Source: Macrostomum lignano
Taxonomy: Eukaryota
DNA: 64,000 nucleotides
Direction: 5' to 3'
Assembly (NCBI GenBank): GCA_002269645.1
Contig: NIVC01000986.1
Coordinates: forward strand, 310,001 to 374,000
Position numbers and translations under genes: made by a program. Below the pieces are notes generated by a model. That model was given only the letters and a program-made list of their open reading frames with translations. It ran no database searches and was not told the DNA's origin. Below are positions 32,347-44,202 of this stretch, piece after piece. Position 1 is the first letter of the stretch, and each line of letters opens with the position of its first letter.

Positions 32347-32664
32347 AGTATTTACGGTACAAAATTGCCAGCAAACCGTTCTCATAATTCAAAGAGATTT
32401 AACCCTTTATCAGTGTGAAATGACTTGTTTTCCCTTCATTATCGCTCGTCTTCACTTCGCTCAACTCGCTTCGCTCATCCTCGCTTCATTTCGGTCAATC
32501 TCCCCATTTCACACTTACAACGATTAATTCTCATTGAATTCTGAGAATACTCCTCTTAGTTTGCTGGCAATTTTGTATCGCACCCAATTCTTCTAACACT
32601 TCCAACACTCTATAACCCGCTGCCGCGCCGCAGGCACGAAGGGTCTTTTTCTGTTACTAAAAAT
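32347..32664. repeat. Left TIR of Maverick C
   Basis: Reverse complement of 59946-60263; lacks one terminal AGT. Confidence 0.95.
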
Positions 32665-32674
32665 AGAACAAAAA

Positions 32675-33091
32675 ATGACACACGTTACACATATGCAAAA
32701 TCTGAATGAATTGCAGGTAGGAGACCCAGTTCCAGTTGAATACCGAGGTGAGGGTCTTTTTGATGTGGTTGGAACAGCAGCAAATTTTGTTAAAGACAAT
32801 ATGGGTCTTATAGGGCAAGCAGGCTCCGCAGCAGGTTCTATAACAAACGCTGTAAAGGGCGGAATCGAAGCAGCGAGGGCAGTAGAAGAACTAAAGAAAT
32901 TGAGAGAATTTAACGACACCCTCTCACAAATAAAAGCAATAAAAGATTTGAAACTAGCGCAGGAAGCAACCCAAGCCGCACAACCAACAGAAACCCCCAC
33001 AAAAAGCACACCAATAAGTAATAAAGATATTCAGGATTTTAATAAAATGTTAACCACAATTAAAGGTGGAAAAGGATTAAAGAAATTTTAA
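32675..33091 (+). CDS. Putative virion core or precursor protein
   Basis: RGEG-LFD and terminal KGGKGL motifs resemble maturation-protease sites. Confidence 0.55.
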   Translation: MTHVTHMQNLNELQVGDPVPVEYRGEGLFDVVGTAANFVKDNMGLIGQAGSAAGSITNAVKGGIEAARAVEELKKLREFNDTLSQIKAIKDLKLAQEATQAAQPTETPTKSTPISNKDIQDFNKMLTTIKGGKGLKKF

Positions 33092-33101
33092 CAATATAAA
33101 A

Positions 33102-34091
33102 ATGGATGCAATTAATGACAATCGGCTATATTTTATAGGAGAAATTGTAGACAGTCTAGATTTGGATGACAACAAACAAAGCCATACAATGTTAAAAAGA
33201 TTGGATCGTTTAGGTAAAAAACTTGACAACGATATTGATACATTTAAACTTGCTGCAAAATATGCACAAGAAGGAAGACCAATATCCTTTAAGAATCGCG
33301 GTAGAAATTATAGGTTGACAGACTCCGATGTAAAATTTTTATTGGAGACTCACACTAAAAAGGACGGCGGCTTGCTACCTATTTTACCAATTCTTTTAGG
33401 TCTCGGAGCAGCTGGAGCAGCCGGTTTAGCAGGCAAAAGAATTCATGATAACCGAAAACAGTTAGCAGAATTAAAAGCAAAACAAGGGGGCATACTTCCA
33501 CTTGCAACTTTGTTACCAATAATTTTTGCAGGAATAGGAGCAGCTGGTGGAATAGCAGGCGGCGCAGCTGGAATCACAAAAGCAGTAAACGATAAAAAAG
33601 CTGCGGATGAAAAAGCTAAACGAGATGCTGAATTTCAAAGACAGCAAATAACACAGGATGCTCAATTCAAACAGAAACTCATTGACACCATTAATAGTAG
33701 TTCAGCAACAGCAGAGCAAAAAAGAAATGCAGAAGCTAGGTTAGCAGCAGGAAAAGGTTTAATACTAAAAGGAACAAATCATGGTGACGGTTTAATACTA
33801 AAAGGAACAACCCAAGGAAGCGGAGTTGTCGCAGATAAACTACACGAGTTTGGCCAAACTTTAGAAAAAACGGGTGAGAAAGCTAAAGGATTTTTTGACA
33901 ATATTGGAGCTAATTTTAGGCCAGCAGTTCAGAAGATTTTTAATAAATTGGGTAAAGATTTTAACATCATTGAAAAACATGACGGAAGCGGATTATATCT
34001 TGAAATGAGACCCAAAGCCGGATCTGGAATTTTCTTAAATGCAAATGTTATGGGTCGTGGACTACTGTTACCTAAAGCGGAACTCGAATAA
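33102..34091 (+). CDS. Virion precursor with two pX-like hydrophobic segments and repeated GxG-L motifs
   Basis: DGGLLPILPILLGLGAAG, QGGILPLATLLPIIFAGIGAAGG, GKGLIL, GDGLIL, GSGLYL, GSGIFL, GRGLLL. Confidence 0.7.
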   Translation: MDAINDNRLYFIGEIVDSLDLDDNKQSHTMLKRLDRLGKKLDNDIDTFKLAAKYAQEGRPISFKNRGRNYRLTDSDVKFLLETHTKKDGGLLPILPILLGLGAAGAAGLAGKRIHDNRKQLAELKAKQGGILPLATLLPIIFAGIGAAGGIAGGAAGITKAVNDKKAADEKAKRDAEFQRQQITQDAQFKQKLIDTINSSSATAEQKRNAEARLAAGKGLILKGTNHGDGLILKGTTQGSGVVADKLHEFGQTLEKTGEKAKGFFDNIGANFRPAVQKIFNKLGKDFNIIEKHDGSGLYLEMRPKAGSGIFLNANVMGRGLLLPKAELE

Positions 34092-34174
34092 GCTCCTGTG
34101 GGGAGGGTCAGGACGACTAAAACCTAAAATTAAAAACCAATAATTCAAATATTATATAAATTTTATTCTATAAA

Positions 34175-37100
34175 ATGGAACAAAGAATGACCCCAGATCA
34201 GATTCGACAACTTCTTGCAAATGAGCGCCAACAGTTCAATCGATTAAAAAGACAGATTGAACAAATTGAACAGCGCCAAAGACAACAACGCCGCCAAAGA
34301 GCAAGAGAAAGACAGAGAGAAAGGCAGAGAGAAAGAGAAAGACAAGAACAGGAAATAAACGCATTAGCAAATAATATAAGGGCAGAATATGAAATGAAGC
34401 GTTTAATAGAAAAGGCTGAATATGAAAAAAGAATAGCAGAATTAGAAAAAAACCAAAAGAAACAAATACGTCGGAAAGCGCAGAATAAATCGGATGAAAA
34501 ATCATTAAAAGAGTTTATTAGGGTTTATCGATTTGAACCAATGCAGAATGTCCTAGATTTTATTGAAACCCAGCTTTCAAACGGATATAGTGTTGAAATT
34601 ACTAATGCGAGGGTACAATATTTTTATAATAAAACCGGAGATGATCGCGAAGAGATTAATCAATATTTAGCAACATTTTATAATATAAGCCAGTTTCAAG
34701 CTTGGTTTAAGCATTTGGTAGAAAACTATGACATGAATTTAAGTGTGTTTTCTGGAAGACTTAAAATGACACCAAACGAAATCACACTTAAACACGAAAG
34801 GTCAAAGCAGGGTATGGGCACAAATGTCATGTGTGAAATTAAATTGCAGAGTATAAAGATGAGTACTGCTACATACCCAGTGATGGAAATTGTTTCTACA
34901 AGTGTGTTCAGTTTATTTATGGTGATAAAGCTCCATCCAAAGACGAATATGGTGCTTGGTTGTACGACTCAAAAACCCAAAGAGGTTTAATGACAAATTC
35001 AAGAATTGGAAAATTCAATGAATATTTTAATCTTAACATAGGGCTTTATAATCCCAATAATCGTGGAATTGAACCAAAGTCTCAAAGAGGGATTCACCAC
35101 GACTGGTTATTAATAAATTATTATCACACAGCCGATTACCACATTGGTCATTATTGTCTTATATCAAATAAACAACGAGGAATCGCCCTCGAACGGATAA
35201 AAGACAATTATAAAGTAGTATTTAAAAACCCAACGCCCGAAAATGTTAAAGAGCTAAAAATGTTCAACACATCCACAAATCCCAATAAATCAAATGTATA
35301 CATATTTGATTTTGAAACATATTTAAATTATAATCAACAAGCATGTCCGTATGCAGTTGGTCTTTTAAACTATAACGACTTTTGTAATAATTGCAACGAA
35401 ACCCCAGAGACAATAAAGAAACTAACTAAGATCTTGATATCAGATCGCGGTTGTGATTTTCAAACAGAGGGGGCTAAAATGGACTGCGTTAGAAAAATGT
35501 TTAAATACCTTGGTACAGTTATGTCAAAAAAGATTGTTTTGATCGCACACAACTCATCCCGTTTTGATTCATACATACCACTATTTTGCAACATAAAACC
35601 AATTAAAATTCTTAAAACCCCTAGAGGAATATTATCAATCACTCTTGTAAACGATTATATGTCAAAAGAGGTTAGAGCGTTTATAAACAAAGATAAGAAG
35701 AAGAATCACAAGGATTCGAAACAAACCATTACGATGCTTTGTTCATATCAACACGCCTCAATGAGTTTAAAAAAGTTTTGCTCATCAATGACAATTAGAG
35801 AGGATTTGCGCAAGACCTCAATGGTTCACGACATTACCGAACACGACTACCTAGAGCGCATGGATGAATGGTATGAATATTTACAATTTGATCTTATTTC
35901 TTTATGTGCCTGTATTCATAAGTATAATGAAATAGCATATGAAATTGGAGGAATGACAATGTTTGATACTCTTACATGTTCAAGTTTAACATTAAAATGT
36001 TGGTTTAAAGATTTTGTTAGAGTTGAAGACAAAATGAAACAATACCTAAAGACAAAAGAAAAAAGTAATTACATTAAAAAAGTTGAAGAAATAATATCTC
36101 CGTTAAAAATCGAAGATTATTTTGACTTAAGCAAACTTGAAAAAATGAAATACCAAACACTATTAAGAAAATAATTTTCGGTTCACTCTCCCAGAGGAAA
36201 AGGCACCGCTGAAGCAACGGCGGACAAACGGTTACAAATGTCCGGCGCGAAACCGTTGGAACAACGGTGGCAATACAACGGTTATACAACGCTATACCAA
36301 CGCCAAACCAACGCCTGTGAGGCCAATTGTGGTGAACTTTTAAATGTACTTTCTAGCTTATACCCGCAGCCTTTTTAAATACAGTGAATTTTTTACAGAT
36401 ATAACAGCATGGCTTCATATTTTAGTTGAATAATGTATCATAATCTTTATCGCAAATATCTTCTGAAATTTTACTATTGCAAACCATGCAATTCTCTTAG
36501 CTAGAGACCAATTTTTGTCTCAATTTCCAATAGAAAAAATTTAGCTGCTGAAAAAATTGTATAAAAATATGACGAGTACATTCAATAAAGATCATGCAAG
36601 TTTTTTAAATAAGTTGTCAGGTGGTTTTTATTGAAGTTTTATGGAAGCATTTTAATTTATTATTTAATAAAGTTATTAGTAAAATGGTATATACACTGTA
36701 AAAAGCAAAATTCGTAGTTTGATTGAAATTTAACGGCTATACTACGTTAATAAGTGCATATAACAGTGACATGATATGCTTAATTGCTGTCGCTGTCATT
36801 GTCGCTGCTGCAGCTGCTTAAAAACGCGACGGTACCACCACCATGTTGACTTGACTCCCGACTTTGCCGGCTTGTGGCAAGAGATCGCTTTTTTGTCTTT
36901 TCCAGCCTTCAGAGCTGTGACCACGGCATTCTCCACCTCGCTCTCCTCTGGCTGGAGCTCGCTGATTGATCTGATCGACTCTGAATATTTTAAATAAGCT
37001 TTATATTAAAATACAACTCCTGCACTGATGGCTTGGCAGCGGTTTACATAACAGCAAACAGCTTACTTTCAATGATAGGAAAAAAGGTGACAAGGCCAAC

Positions 37101-40100
37101 TGCCTATCAGAAAGAGTGGAGCCCAATAGTCTCTGCAGTCCTTGGCCATTGTAGTTGACTAGGGCCAGCATTTTGGTGGACAAAATTTTATGCACCATCC
37201 AGCGTGCAGTACCCATGTAGATAACTTGCATAGGCGAAGATGTGGCTTCTGTAGAAATAAATGAAGGCATAGCGACAAGCATATAGAGCATTCCTAGATG
37301 GTGAGAATCAGCATGGAAAACAAATCAGAGTAATCACACCTAGAAATTGTATGCATTTCATTCTTAAGGACTTTCTGCCTAGTCAGAAGCAATTATACAC
37401 AATCTACACAATTATACATAATTATACACAAAATTGTACACTTGCAAATGGGAAATAAAAATTCAGAGTTTACAAAAAACTCACCAGATCATTGACCAAT
37501 TCCAGATTATTCGCATAGCAAATATAAACCTCCCAGGAGTCAAGAGGCAATTTAGAATCCAAAGCTTATCAACTCATCAACGTTACTTAAGATATATCTT
37601 CTATATCACTTAGTATCAAAAGGGATAGAAATGTCCCCAGTTAAGTCCTTGATGACTTTGCAATTAAAGTTTCTTTTAGACATCTGAAATAAGAATAAAT
37701 GAAGTTAAAGGTAACTTAAGCAAGATCAAGAAGATAATCATATTTAAATTATTTAACATATAGAGAAAATACATATAAATATATATATTGATTCTCTATA
37801 AGCTCTATAAGCTAGTTTTAGTCCAAGTGAATGCTTTATTGAAGGCATATAAGATGTATTTATATATTTATTATTTCTTAAAATGACAAACAAATTATTA
37901 TTAGGAAAAACAAATAAATTAAAAATATTTTAAACTTAGACTAATAATAGCAATTAAATATAAATTTAAGAACCTTCAAACAAAATTTCAATATCAAAAG
38001 CAGAAATTAATAGTATAAGAGAAAATATTTAAAATGGATTTTTAACCTTAGATATATGATATTAAAATAAATTTGGCCAATATAAAGACCTATAAAATAA
38101 TAAAACAAAAATTTTTATATTTACAATATATATTAAGATATGCCTACTTAAACTTTGACTAAATTTAACTATTTTATGATATGTAAGCTTTGAGCCCAAC
38201 TACTAAAGCTTTACTTACTTTATATTAAAATAAACCAAAATATAAGATGTACTTCTTAGAAAATATTATTTATATAAATGACTTTATAAGTATTCTAGTT
38301 CCAGGGGTGGTGGAGCCTAATATTTTAGGGGGAGGGGCACCAGGCCAGGGCAAAGGGGGCACAAGTACCTTTATAACTGCTAACCATGGGCAGCAGGAGC
38401 TTGCGGCACCGGAGGCATGTGCCTTTCTAAAAAATAAGTCTACACAATTATTTTTAATGCTTTTTTATTTTAGACCCAATTAGCAATTACAAAGGTACCT
38501 GTGCCCCCTTGACCTTTGCCTGGTGCCCCTCTAAAATATTAGGCTCCACTGTCCCTGCTGCTAACTAAAGGCCTAAAATTAGAAAAAGCATTAAAAATTA
38601 TTGCATGGACTTATTTTCTAAGCCCCCCATGTTGCAAGCTTTTGCTGTCTGTCTTTGACAAAAATAGAAACCTATATAGCTATAATTATAAATAGACAAT
38701 GTCAATGACAATATAATTGCCTATAGACAATATTGTATTGAATAAATATATTAAAACTTAAAAGCTTTTCTAGGCTTATATACAGATACAATAGGCCTAT
38801 AGTATAATTATTAAAATATCTTAGCTTAGGTGCCAATATGTATACTTAGAAACATTAAAAACAAAAAAGAAACCACTCAAGCCTAGGCTACACTAAGTCA
38901 CTAATGATATTTTTCTTCAATTATTCTAAAATATCAATAATATAAAAATAGATCAAAATAGCTTTAATCTATCCAATCTTTGCACATTGCTCTTCCTACT
39001 TCATTCTTGAGCTTAAGTCTGCCATGGTATAGGCCCTAGCTAAGTTGTTATTTGCAAAGATTAAGGAAGGATCCTATGATGGCACCTTTTTAATTTTAAT
39101 GTTGTTAATATACTTAATGAATAAATAGGCATAGGCCTAGGCCCCTCTTAAACAAGGTCTCTATGTATGACAAAGTGTACCAGAAGTTTAAACTATAGGC
39201 CTGGCAAGTATAGGCCCAAAAATAAATGGGGTGAGTAATAATGCCAAGACAAACAATGCTTTCTCTATTATTTTTGAGGGCTTTGCTTGATGCCTTGACT
39301 TATAGTCACAGGGTCTCAGAGGTTCCTTCCTTGTGGTCACCCCCACATGAGAAAAAACACCCCTGTTGATAAGAAATGATTGTTGAAAGGAATGTCCTAA
39401 ATTTGCGCATAGATAATATGTTGAGATCGCCAAGATCGAATTAATTAGGTCAGTTGCACTATACTGTACAACAGGGCGAACAGGGGTATGGGAACAAACT
39501 AATTATGCCTTAAAGAGCTAGAAAAAATAGCGACAGCACAAAATTGTAAAAATGCCATTGATAGAATTTGTTTTGCTATAATAAGACACGTGCACTAGAT
39601 GGAGACAAACATGCAGTTGACGCAGTCTGTCGGTTAATGATGATAATTAACGGCTGGCACAGTTTTGAATAAACTGTTCAAAGCAATACAGGACATCACC
39701 ACATAAAACAAATTCTAAATGCTTTGGGAAAAATAAATAAATTTTTTTTGTAAATATTTATTATTAAACAAGTAAAAAACATGAAATATATTTTATTTTA
39801 CTTCTTTAACATCATTTTATCTGCGTCAATAGATCGCCGTTGCTTTACAGTTGGAAAAACAACTCGAATTCAACGTTGTGCAATCACAACGCTTTTACAA
39901 CGGTTATTAATTTGTGCAGTGTATTGCATGTATGCATAAAGTAATTGCATTATTTTAACCTTATTCGCTTTTCAGTGTGCACGGCAAGCATATTTTCACC
40001 CAACGGTTTTCCAACCAGCTTCCGTTGGAACACCGTTGGATCAACGTACCCTTTTCCACTGGGCTCATACCAACCCTTATATAAGAAGGTTTATGAGGGA

Positions 40101-41457
40101 CGCAGTCAAAGGAGGCAGAGTATTTGCACTAATAAATAAATACGAAAGCGACTGTTTTCAAACAATTGTAGACGTTGTAAAATACCATTTAAAAATACCA
40201 ACAAGCGACCCATGCGAGGTTATATCAACTCATCTCAAAAGCGATATGGAAGAAAAAAAGAAAATCGCAATTAAACTAAAAAACCAATTGGGTACCGTAT
40301 CAGATTGTTTAATGAATTTTGATGGAGTCTCGTTGTATCCATCTGCCATGTCTGATAAGGATAGCGAATATCCAAGAGCAGAAACAGCCAGAGTGTTTGA
40401 TATAAGCGAGGAAAAGGATTTTTTGACACAATTTAATTCACAAACCTTTCGACCAAAAACAGCGGTTTTAAAGATTATGTATGAGAATCCCACTAGCGTT
40501 TTTCTTCAACATCTCCCATCGAAAGACAAAGAGAAAGTTTATAATCCGGAAACAAAAGCAAACGAAACAAAAACATTAAATAGGTTTAGAAATGGAAAGG
40601 TAATCGGCACTTTATGTTCCGTAGACATACAAGAAATTGTAAGAATGGGTGGAAAAATATTAAAGATATATAGTGGAATTGTATATGAAAAAAATTACGA
40701 TTTCTCTCCGTTTCAGAATTATATTACAAACCTTTTTGAAATGAGAAAAGTATTTAAAAAAGAAAATAACGAGGCAGGTTCTGAAGTAGTAAAAACATTG
40801 TTAAATTCCTTATATGGTAAAACGGTTCAAAGAGACATTACTTTCACAACGCATCTCTGGAATTTGAATACATTAAAAACAGAATACGATGACACAATCA
40901 AGTCATATGAGAAAATATGTGACGATTTATTTTATGTTGAAAAAAAGAAAGACACACAAGAATATGTAGATGACGACGATAGTCCTACAACAGGCCTTTG
41001 TCCGGCACAATTAGGCATATTTATCTTAGCTCATTCAAGAAGGATCATGAATAATTTTATCACCTCTATAGACGGTTCAAAGACTCCAGAAATTTATTAC
41101 GGTGATACGGATTCATTATATATACATAAAAAACATTGGGATACATTAAATAAAAACGGATATGTCGGAAATAATTTAAGTCAAGGAAAAAACTATTATG
41201 GAGAGGGTGGAATTATATTCGGATATTTTATTGCTCCTAAAATTAAATATTGTCTTTTATTGAAAGACGATTTTATTATGGAAGAGAAAAAAACATTTAA
41301 AGGATGTGCAAAGGATAAGATTAATTTTGCATCGTTTAAAACTTTATATGATGGACAGTCAATAAAAGTAAATAATAATGCTCCGTGGAAACGATCGTTT
41401 GAAGGTGGTATTGTAGCGTACTTTAATAACTTTCCCGAAATTTCTTCAGATTTCTAA
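34175..41457 (+). pseudogene. polB: pPolB of Maverick C (frameshift at about 34841, TAA at 36172, split by a transposon at 36190-40063)
   Basis: CYIPSDGNCF, YIFDFET, AHNSSRFDSY, VKGGRV, FDGVSLYPSAM, KTLLNSLYGK, YYGDTDSLY. Removing the insertion gives K*FSVHSHTNPYIRRF in frame. Confidence 0.93.
36190..40063. mobile_element. Non-autonomous CMC/EnSpm-type DNA transposon
   Basis: TIRs CCCAG(A/T)GGAAAAGG, 2-bp TSD CT (36188-36189 and 40064-40065), subterminal CAACGG/CCGTTG repeats, no transposase. Possible short exons on the minus strand at about 36800-37210. Confidence 0.9.
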
Positions 41458-42013
41458 AAGTCAAAAACTATTTCCAGAAACTTCTTTGAGTTAGCAGCTA
41501 ATCTATAACATACGCATATAAATAGTAAATAATTAATTATCACTTAAGTATTAATGTTCTAATTATATTTACGTAATGTATATAATTAAAGGGTTATTTC
41601 GCTTTGTTAAAATTAGCTAAATCTTTCTAGAAATTTCCGGAAGGCAATAACAAGGCTATAAATACACGGCGGCAGCAGTGAAACAAATCACTCTCTCGCT
41701 TTCCCCTTGTTTTCTCTTTGATCTAAGTTCCGTTGGTAAATAACTAAATGAACCACCGCCTTGCTCTTATTCAATAATCAATTAAAGAAAATTCTACAGT
41801 ATAACAATTCCTCAAAGCGGATCAACCATATCAAAAACGTATACGTCTTCGATAAACACATTTAAAAGAGAAAAACCAGATAAAAACGGAGTTATGAAAC
41901 CATTCTTTAAAAACTATTTTGATGACAAACCACAACACGAACATTCAATTGAATATTATAACAGCTTACTATATGACGTAGACTATAATTGTTTTGAGTT
42001 CGATATTGATGAA

Positions 42014-42376
42014 CTAGCACTTATCGATTAAAGCTCGCGACCCTACGGGGCGATAAAAAACCAAAGCATGTAATTGTTTAAGCATAATATCCATTTCAAT
42101 TTCGTATTTTATTGAGCACCAATTGTCCTCACAGTCGGCAGGGTAACTTAAACATTCTTTTACTTTTTTCCTAAGTACTTTTATTCTCCTAACAAGACGA
42201 TCGATTTCAATTTCAATTACTGTTTCAGCATAAGCAATTGCGCTTTTGATAAAACGCTTTCTTTTATCCAACTCGTATCGGATAGGAAACATATCATCCC
42301 CATAATCACTATAATATAATATATTAATATCATTCATTTCGCGCTCTTTTGTAACTAGGATCTTTAGTGTCTCCAT
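42014..42376 (-). CDS. Hypothetical protein
   Basis: ATG-started ORF in the gene-dense accessory block; no recognised motif. Confidence 0.55.
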   Translation of the reverse strand: METLKILVTKEREMNDINILYYSDYGDDMFPIRYELDKRKRFIKSAIAYAETVIEIEIDRLVRRIKVLRKKVKECLSYPADCEDNWCSIKYEIEMDIMLKQLHALVFYRPVGSRALIDKC

Positions 42377-42397
42377 TTTCTTATAAAAAATTTAAAC

Positions 42398-42727
42398 TTA
42401 TTCAGAGTCTTCCTCCCAAACGGAAGCTAACCTTACAGTCCTGTCACACTTTTTATTTTTTGTTTGTTTTAGTTTAAATTGCAACCCACTCTCCCGACTG
42501 TATTTCATAACAAACGTTTTAGGTTTATTAATAACTAAAACTGGAAAATTTTTAACATCATCCCCGCTTAGACATAGGACAGTATGCCCATCTAATTGTA
42601 AAAATATCGATTGAATTCCAATAAATTTAACCTGTCGCAAACATATAATATTATATTCTTTATTCTCCAACATATTGGGCGCGAGAAAATTAATCACATT
42701 AGAATCGGTTTTGAACCAGCGCTCCAT
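42398..42727 (-). CDS. Hypothetical protein
   Basis: ATG at 42727 preceded by the A-rich leader seen for other genes in this element. Confidence 0.5.
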   Translation of the reverse strand: MERWFKTDSNVINFLAPNMLENKEYNIICLRQVKFIGIQSIFLQLDGHTVLCLSGDDVKNFPVLVINKPKTFVMKYSRESGLQFKLKQTKNKKCDRTVRLASVWEEDSE

Positions 42728-42752
42728 TTTTAATCTAAAAAAATAACAAAAA

Positions 42753-43265
42753 ATGAAAGACATTTACGAATGTAATAAATGTAATGTGGTCATGCATAGA
42801 GGCCAAACAGCAAATGGAGATATATATCACATGTGTTATTCATGTTCTAAAATATATCAATTTGAAAAAACAAAAAAGATTGAAAACTCATATTACTATT
42901 TTAAAAACACAATTTTAAGAAATCTTACAAGGGACATTTCCCATCCAATTTTAATCCCCGGAAATAATGTTTATTTATATAACAACTTTTTCCATTTAAA
43001 TAAAGGAAAGGGATTAAGTTCGAAAGACTCTGAAAGGATTTTAATTTTAGTTGGATATTATTTCAATTTTCTTATACGAGAGAATACAAAGTTTATAAGG
43101 ATAGGCAACATACCTAACGAAAGGTTATTGAAAAAGTCATTGGAATTTTTATGTATTGATAAAAAATTTAAACCTAGGATTATAAGAGAGTTACCACTTT
43201 GGGAAGAATATATAACATATGCATTAAATAAATTAAACAACCTGAAGTTCTACAGTACTTCCTGA
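42753..43265 (+). CDS. Hypothetical protein with N-terminal zinc ribbon
   Basis: CNKC...CYSC. Confidence 0.55.
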   Translation: MKDIYECNKCNVVMHRGQTANGDIYHMCYSCSKIYQFEKTKKIENSYYYFKNTILRNLTRDISHPILIPGNNVYLYNNFFHLNKGKGLSSKDSERILILVGYYFNFLIRENTKFIRIGNIPNERLLKKSLEFLCIDKKFKPRIIRELPLWEEYITYALNKLNNLKFYSTS

Positions 43266-43739
43266 CCGCGGGCTTTGTACTCCCATACTCATAATTTCCG
43301 GTTTGTATTCAATAGTTTCTATAGGCGGAGCTTTGGGTTTGTCTAAACGTAATTCTTTCAACTCCATATCGGTAAAAGTTTCAACATCCAAAATCCTATT
43401 TCTATCTTTTAAATATTTTTCATATAATTCAACCGCCGTTGATAACTCATGAATCGTTATCTCTCCATCATCCAATATTTTTTGCACATATAAATATAAC
43501 TGGTTTTTATATTGTTTAGCAATGTCTCTTAACGATTTATATTTTTCCTTTCGTTTTTTAAGATATAATTTGATTGCCAAAAGTATTGATAAGTTTCTGA
43601 TTAATTCAAAACCTGATGTTGAACCAATTGAAATACTTAAAAATTGAGATAAATTAAGAGTTGGAACAGACTGTAAAATACCCAAAACGATTACACATAA
43701 CATCGATAAGCTTCCACAACCAATATTGAAAAAATCCAT
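43233..43739 (-). CDS. Hypothetical membrane protein
   Basis: Two N-terminal hydrophobic segments, then a charged domain. Confidence 0.55.
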   Translation of the reverse strand: MDFFNIGCGSLSMLCVIVLGILQSVPTLNLSQFLSISIGSTSGFELIRNLSILLAIKLYLKKRKEKYKSLRDIAKQYKNQLYLYVQKILDDGEITIHELSTAVELYEKYLKDRNRILDVETFTDMELKELRLDKPKAPPIETIEYKPEIMSMGVQSPRSGSTVELQVV

Positions 43740-43859
43740 ATTTCTGATATGGTTTGAAACCCTTCTTACTTTTTTAGTATATAAATCATAATCATAGTTA
43801 ATGCGATCAACATGTGACCCTTACGTTGGTTAAAATGGTCACGTTCCCTTTTATCTGCT

Positions 43860-44186
43860 TCAGACACCGACATTTTCGTCTATTTTTAATAGCACCAAAA
43901 TGAATTCCCCGCGCTCTTTGGGGATTTTTCCTGAGCTCAATAGGTATTGTATCGGACTTATTCTTTCTTTTTTCTCCCATTTAAATCCAATCTTCCAAAA
44001 CTCTTGAAGTATAATATGATTTTTTAATAATTTAATTAATTTTTGAAGCTTCTTATTATCCTGAACATTCACATTGCTAAATAAAAATTTGGTATGAGAT
44101 TTGAATGTTTTTATAATCGGTTCTTGTTTAGGAATTGGAATAATAACATTATTTTGCCGCATCGATGGAGTTCTACTAAAAGCCAT
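43860..44186 (-). CDS. Hypothetical basic protein
   Basis: ATG-started ORF co-directional with the structural operon. Confidence 0.5.
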   Translation of the reverse strand: MAFSRTPSMRQNNVIIPIPKQEPIIKTFKSHTKFLFSNVNVQDNKKLQKLIKLLKNHIILQEFWKIGFKWEKKERISPIQYLLSSGKIPKERGEFILVLLKIDENVGV

Positions 44187-44202
44187 TTTATATATAAATA
44201 TT

